A stretch of 64,000 bases of DNA from an uncultured bacterium (lineage in GTDB: Bacteria; Patescibacteriota; Minisyncoccia; UBA6257; 2-01-FULL-56-20), in the NCBI GenBank assembly GCA_963844965.1, contig CAWJQC010000004.1, forward strand, positions 41,609 to 105,608, in the 5' to 3' direction. Shown piece after piece: positions 62,459-64,000 of the stretch (positions are counted from its first letter, which is position 1; every line of letters begins with the position of its first letter). The notes under the pieces are model-generated. The model searched no databases. It saw nothing but the letters and a program-made list of their open reading frames with translations, and was not told the DNA's origin. Both the position numbers and the translations under genes were made by a program.

Positions 62459-62634
62459 TACAATCCCAACTTCTTAAACAGCTTATCCTGCGATATAGTT
62501 TTTTTTGCCTTGATTTCTTTTCTCGCTTCGCGGACATCCAAAATATGCGCGAGGTAGCCAAGCAGGGCGCCGAAGCGAGCATCCGTTTTCCTCAAACGCT
62601 CGTATTCTTGTTTTGGTATAGTAACCGTGGTCAT
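62458..62634 (-). CDS. antitoxin (copy 2) of the RelE/ParE pair
   Basis: 58 aa, the same sequence as copy 1, translationally coupled to the toxin. Confidence 0.6.
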   Translation of the reverse strand: MTTVTIPKQEYERLRKTDARFGALLGYLAHILDVREARKEIKAKKTISQDKLFKKLGL

Positions 62635-62678
62635 ATTAAGTGCATTATAGCAAACCGGCGGCGGATGTCAACCCCCAC

Positions 62679-62738
62679 ACCAAACGAGGACGCGCGCCTT
62701 CGGCGCAGGACCCGGAAAGTCCTCGTTTGGTGTGGGGG
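62679..62738. repeat. 20-bp perfect-stem hairpin (CCCCCACACCAAACGAGGAC ... GTCCTCGTTTGGTGTGGGGG)
   Basis: A perfect inverted repeat around a 28-nt loop. The loop is present in the opposite orientation in the copy-1 region (60671-60697). Confidence 0.8.
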
Positions 62739-62946
62739 TAAATTATGCCGAAAAAGCCGGAAGGAAAGATGCGATCTATGTTTCTCCCGCAAGAATACCC
62801 CCGCCGCAGGCGGGGGATGAATTGCGGTTCGAGAAACATAAACCCCGCCGATGGCGGGGTGAACTACCACCTAACATGCTGCATGTGCTAAGTATTTCGT
62901 GCGCAGCACGGCAGTTGAGATACCACCGCTGTGAGGCGGTGGTAGT

Positions 62947-64000
62947 TCATTTCAGAAGAGCGTCAACTTTTTCTTGGAGCGCGGCGTTCTGCGCCTGAAG
63001 AGCGCTGATCTCTTGTTGCTGCTCCTTGATGGATTCTATCATCGGCGCGATAAGCCCAGTATAATCCAGACCAAGGGTTCCGCTCGCGTCAGTTTCCACC
63101 AACTGCGGGAAAACCGTCTGTACATTCTGCGCGGTTAAACCGAGCTGCTCTCCACTGCCCATCAGTTTTGTATCTTTCCATTCAAAGGAAACCGGCGTCA
63201 GTAACTCAAGCTCCGCAAGCGAACCCGACAGTGGAACTATATTCTTCTTCAAACGCTCGTCGGAGCTATTTATCCACTGCCCAGCATTGTTTGTATACTC
63301 GCCGTGGGCTCCCTGAAAGTCATACGTACTGCCGGAACCATAGACGCCGATTGCAGCAGTTGAAAACACCCCATACCCTGCGGGATTACCGAAGTATCCA
63401 GCGGAACCGTTCGCGCCCGCGGTATCCGAATATCCTTCCACCCCAACCCCAGTACCAGCGTTGTAGCCATAGACGGCGGGAAGACCATTACCAGTACCGT
63501 AGCCATAGACCCCATACCCAGTCGCACCAGCAGTGCCATAGACACCATACATAGAGCCGGTGCCATAAATCCCTGCCCCAGCTTGCCCGGCGCCACCGAC
63601 GCTTAATGTTGACGCCGGTGCCGTCGTCCCGATGCCGACGTTGCCGTTCGTGATGGAGAAATATGGACCACCCCCCATCCCAGTGCCAAGCGCCAAATTG
63701 AGGCCATAAGATTGTGACGTCAAATCAGCGTATGTAAATGCTCCGTTGCTGGTGGTGAACTTTATCCAATCTACGTTTGACCCGTTTGTTTTGTCTAGCC
63801 GTAAGGTAGACGTACTTCCACTCTGAATATCAAGTTTTGCGACCGGCGCCGTGTTCCCGATGCCGACGTTGCCGTTCGTGATGGAGAAATATGGACCACC
63901 CCCCATCCCAGTGCCAAGCGCCAAATTGAGGCCATAAGATTGTGACGTCAAATCAGCGTATGTAAATGCTCCGTTGCTGGTGGTGAACTTTATCCAATCT
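62947..64000 (-). CDS. tail-fibre-like repeat protein with a C-terminal intramolecular chaperone (Peptidase_S74 / endosialidase-chaperone) domain; N-terminus beyond the right window edge
   Basis: The C-terminus reads SSDERLKKNIVPLSGSLAELELLTPVSFEWKD...LGLTAQNVQTVFPQLV...LDYTGLIAPMIESIKEQQQEISALQAQNAAL, the S74 chaperone domain plus coiled coil. Upstream are 76-aa tandem repeats containing GNVGIG. Confidence 0.75.
   Translation of the reverse strand, partial: DWIKFTTSNGAFTYADLTSQSYGLNLALGTGMGGGPYFSITNGNVGIGNTAPVAKLDIQSGSTSTLRLDKTNGSNVDWIKFTTSNGAFTYADLTSQSYGLNLALGTGMGGGPYFSITNGNVGIGTTAPASTLSVGGAGQAGAGIYGTGSMYGVYGTAGATGYGVYGYGTGNGLPAVYGYNAGTGVGVEGYSDTAGANGSAGYFGNPAGYGVFSTAAIGVYGSGSTYDFQGAHGEYTNNAGQWINSSDERLKKNIVPLSGSLAELELLTPVSFEWKDTKLMGSGEQLGLTAQNVQTVFPQLVETDASGTLGLDYTGLIAPMIESIKEQQQEISALQAQNAALQEKVDALLK
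63628..64000. repeat. 228-bp (76-codon) tandem coding repeat, at least 1.6 copies in the window
   Basis: cccgatgccgacgttgccgttcgtgatggagaaatatggacc... restarts at 63628 and at 63856 and is near-identical. The same ~255 bp block occurs at 57752-58006 in the paralog. Confidence 0.85.

Noticed and set aside
63628-64000. The 228-bp tandem repeats considered as CRISPR or satellite DNA.
   Set aside because: They are in frame within a long ORF, encode a 76-aa protein repeat (..GMGGGPYFSITNGNVGIG..) and recur in the paralogous gene. They are coding repeats.

Overview
The window comes from a compact, mostly minus-strand bacterial genome. It is most likely Candidate Phyla Radiation / Patescibacteria (Parcubacteria-like): in the S10-spc ribosomal cluster S5 abuts L15 with no L30 gene, S14 is the short zinc type, and genes are separated by AT-rich low-complexity hairpins.

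Core content:
- aspS (partial), RNase P RNA, dnaE, lysS, greA, map, adk, secY and recG
- 19 contiguous r-protein genes (rplO to rplC), plus rpsJ, tuf, fusA, rpsG, rpsL and rpmG
- five complete tRNAs: Trp-CCA, Thr-GGT, Thr-TGT, Arg-TCG and Lys-CTT

The conserved str/S10/spc gene order is broken repeatedly by accessory DNA:
- a ~5.7 kb island between rpsJ and rplC
- single ORFs between rpsG/fusA, fusA/tuf and tuf/rpsJ
- a ~2.5 kb island between secY and adk

Other accessory content:
- an IS3-family element, with a canonical A7G frameshift site, inserted at the end of a truncated yjbQ-like gene
- an AT-rich molybdopterin-oxidoreductase cassette flanked by direct repeats
- a segment between tRNA-Arg and tRNA-Lys carrying a large serine recombinase and a pilin-like gene
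- a toxin-antitoxin cluster (2x HicAB, 2x RelE/ParE-antitoxin) bracketed by ~606 bp direct repeats
- two tail-fibre-like surface protein genes that share near-identical segments

Most unusual observations:
1. recG carries two in-frame insertions. One is a complete GxxExxY-family domain flanked by inverted ACGCGGA/ACGCAGA word repeats, lying between helicase motifs II and III.
2. A 660 bp non-coding region between convergent genes holds an array of hairpins whose stems share one architecture but covary at a central triplet.
3. tRNA-like 5' and 3' halves with complementary acceptor strands flank a complete tRNA-Thr.
4. Diverged remnants of the rpsG 3' end and the fusA 5' end flank an ORF inserted between those genes.

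Caveat: about 20 single-base frameshifts interrupt otherwise conserved genes, including tuf (four), fusA, rpsJ, rplP, rplN, secY, greA and rnhA. These are more likely consensus or assembly indels than biology. All calls rest on reading translations and motifs by eye; no database search was run, and RNA ends are accurate to about 3 nt.
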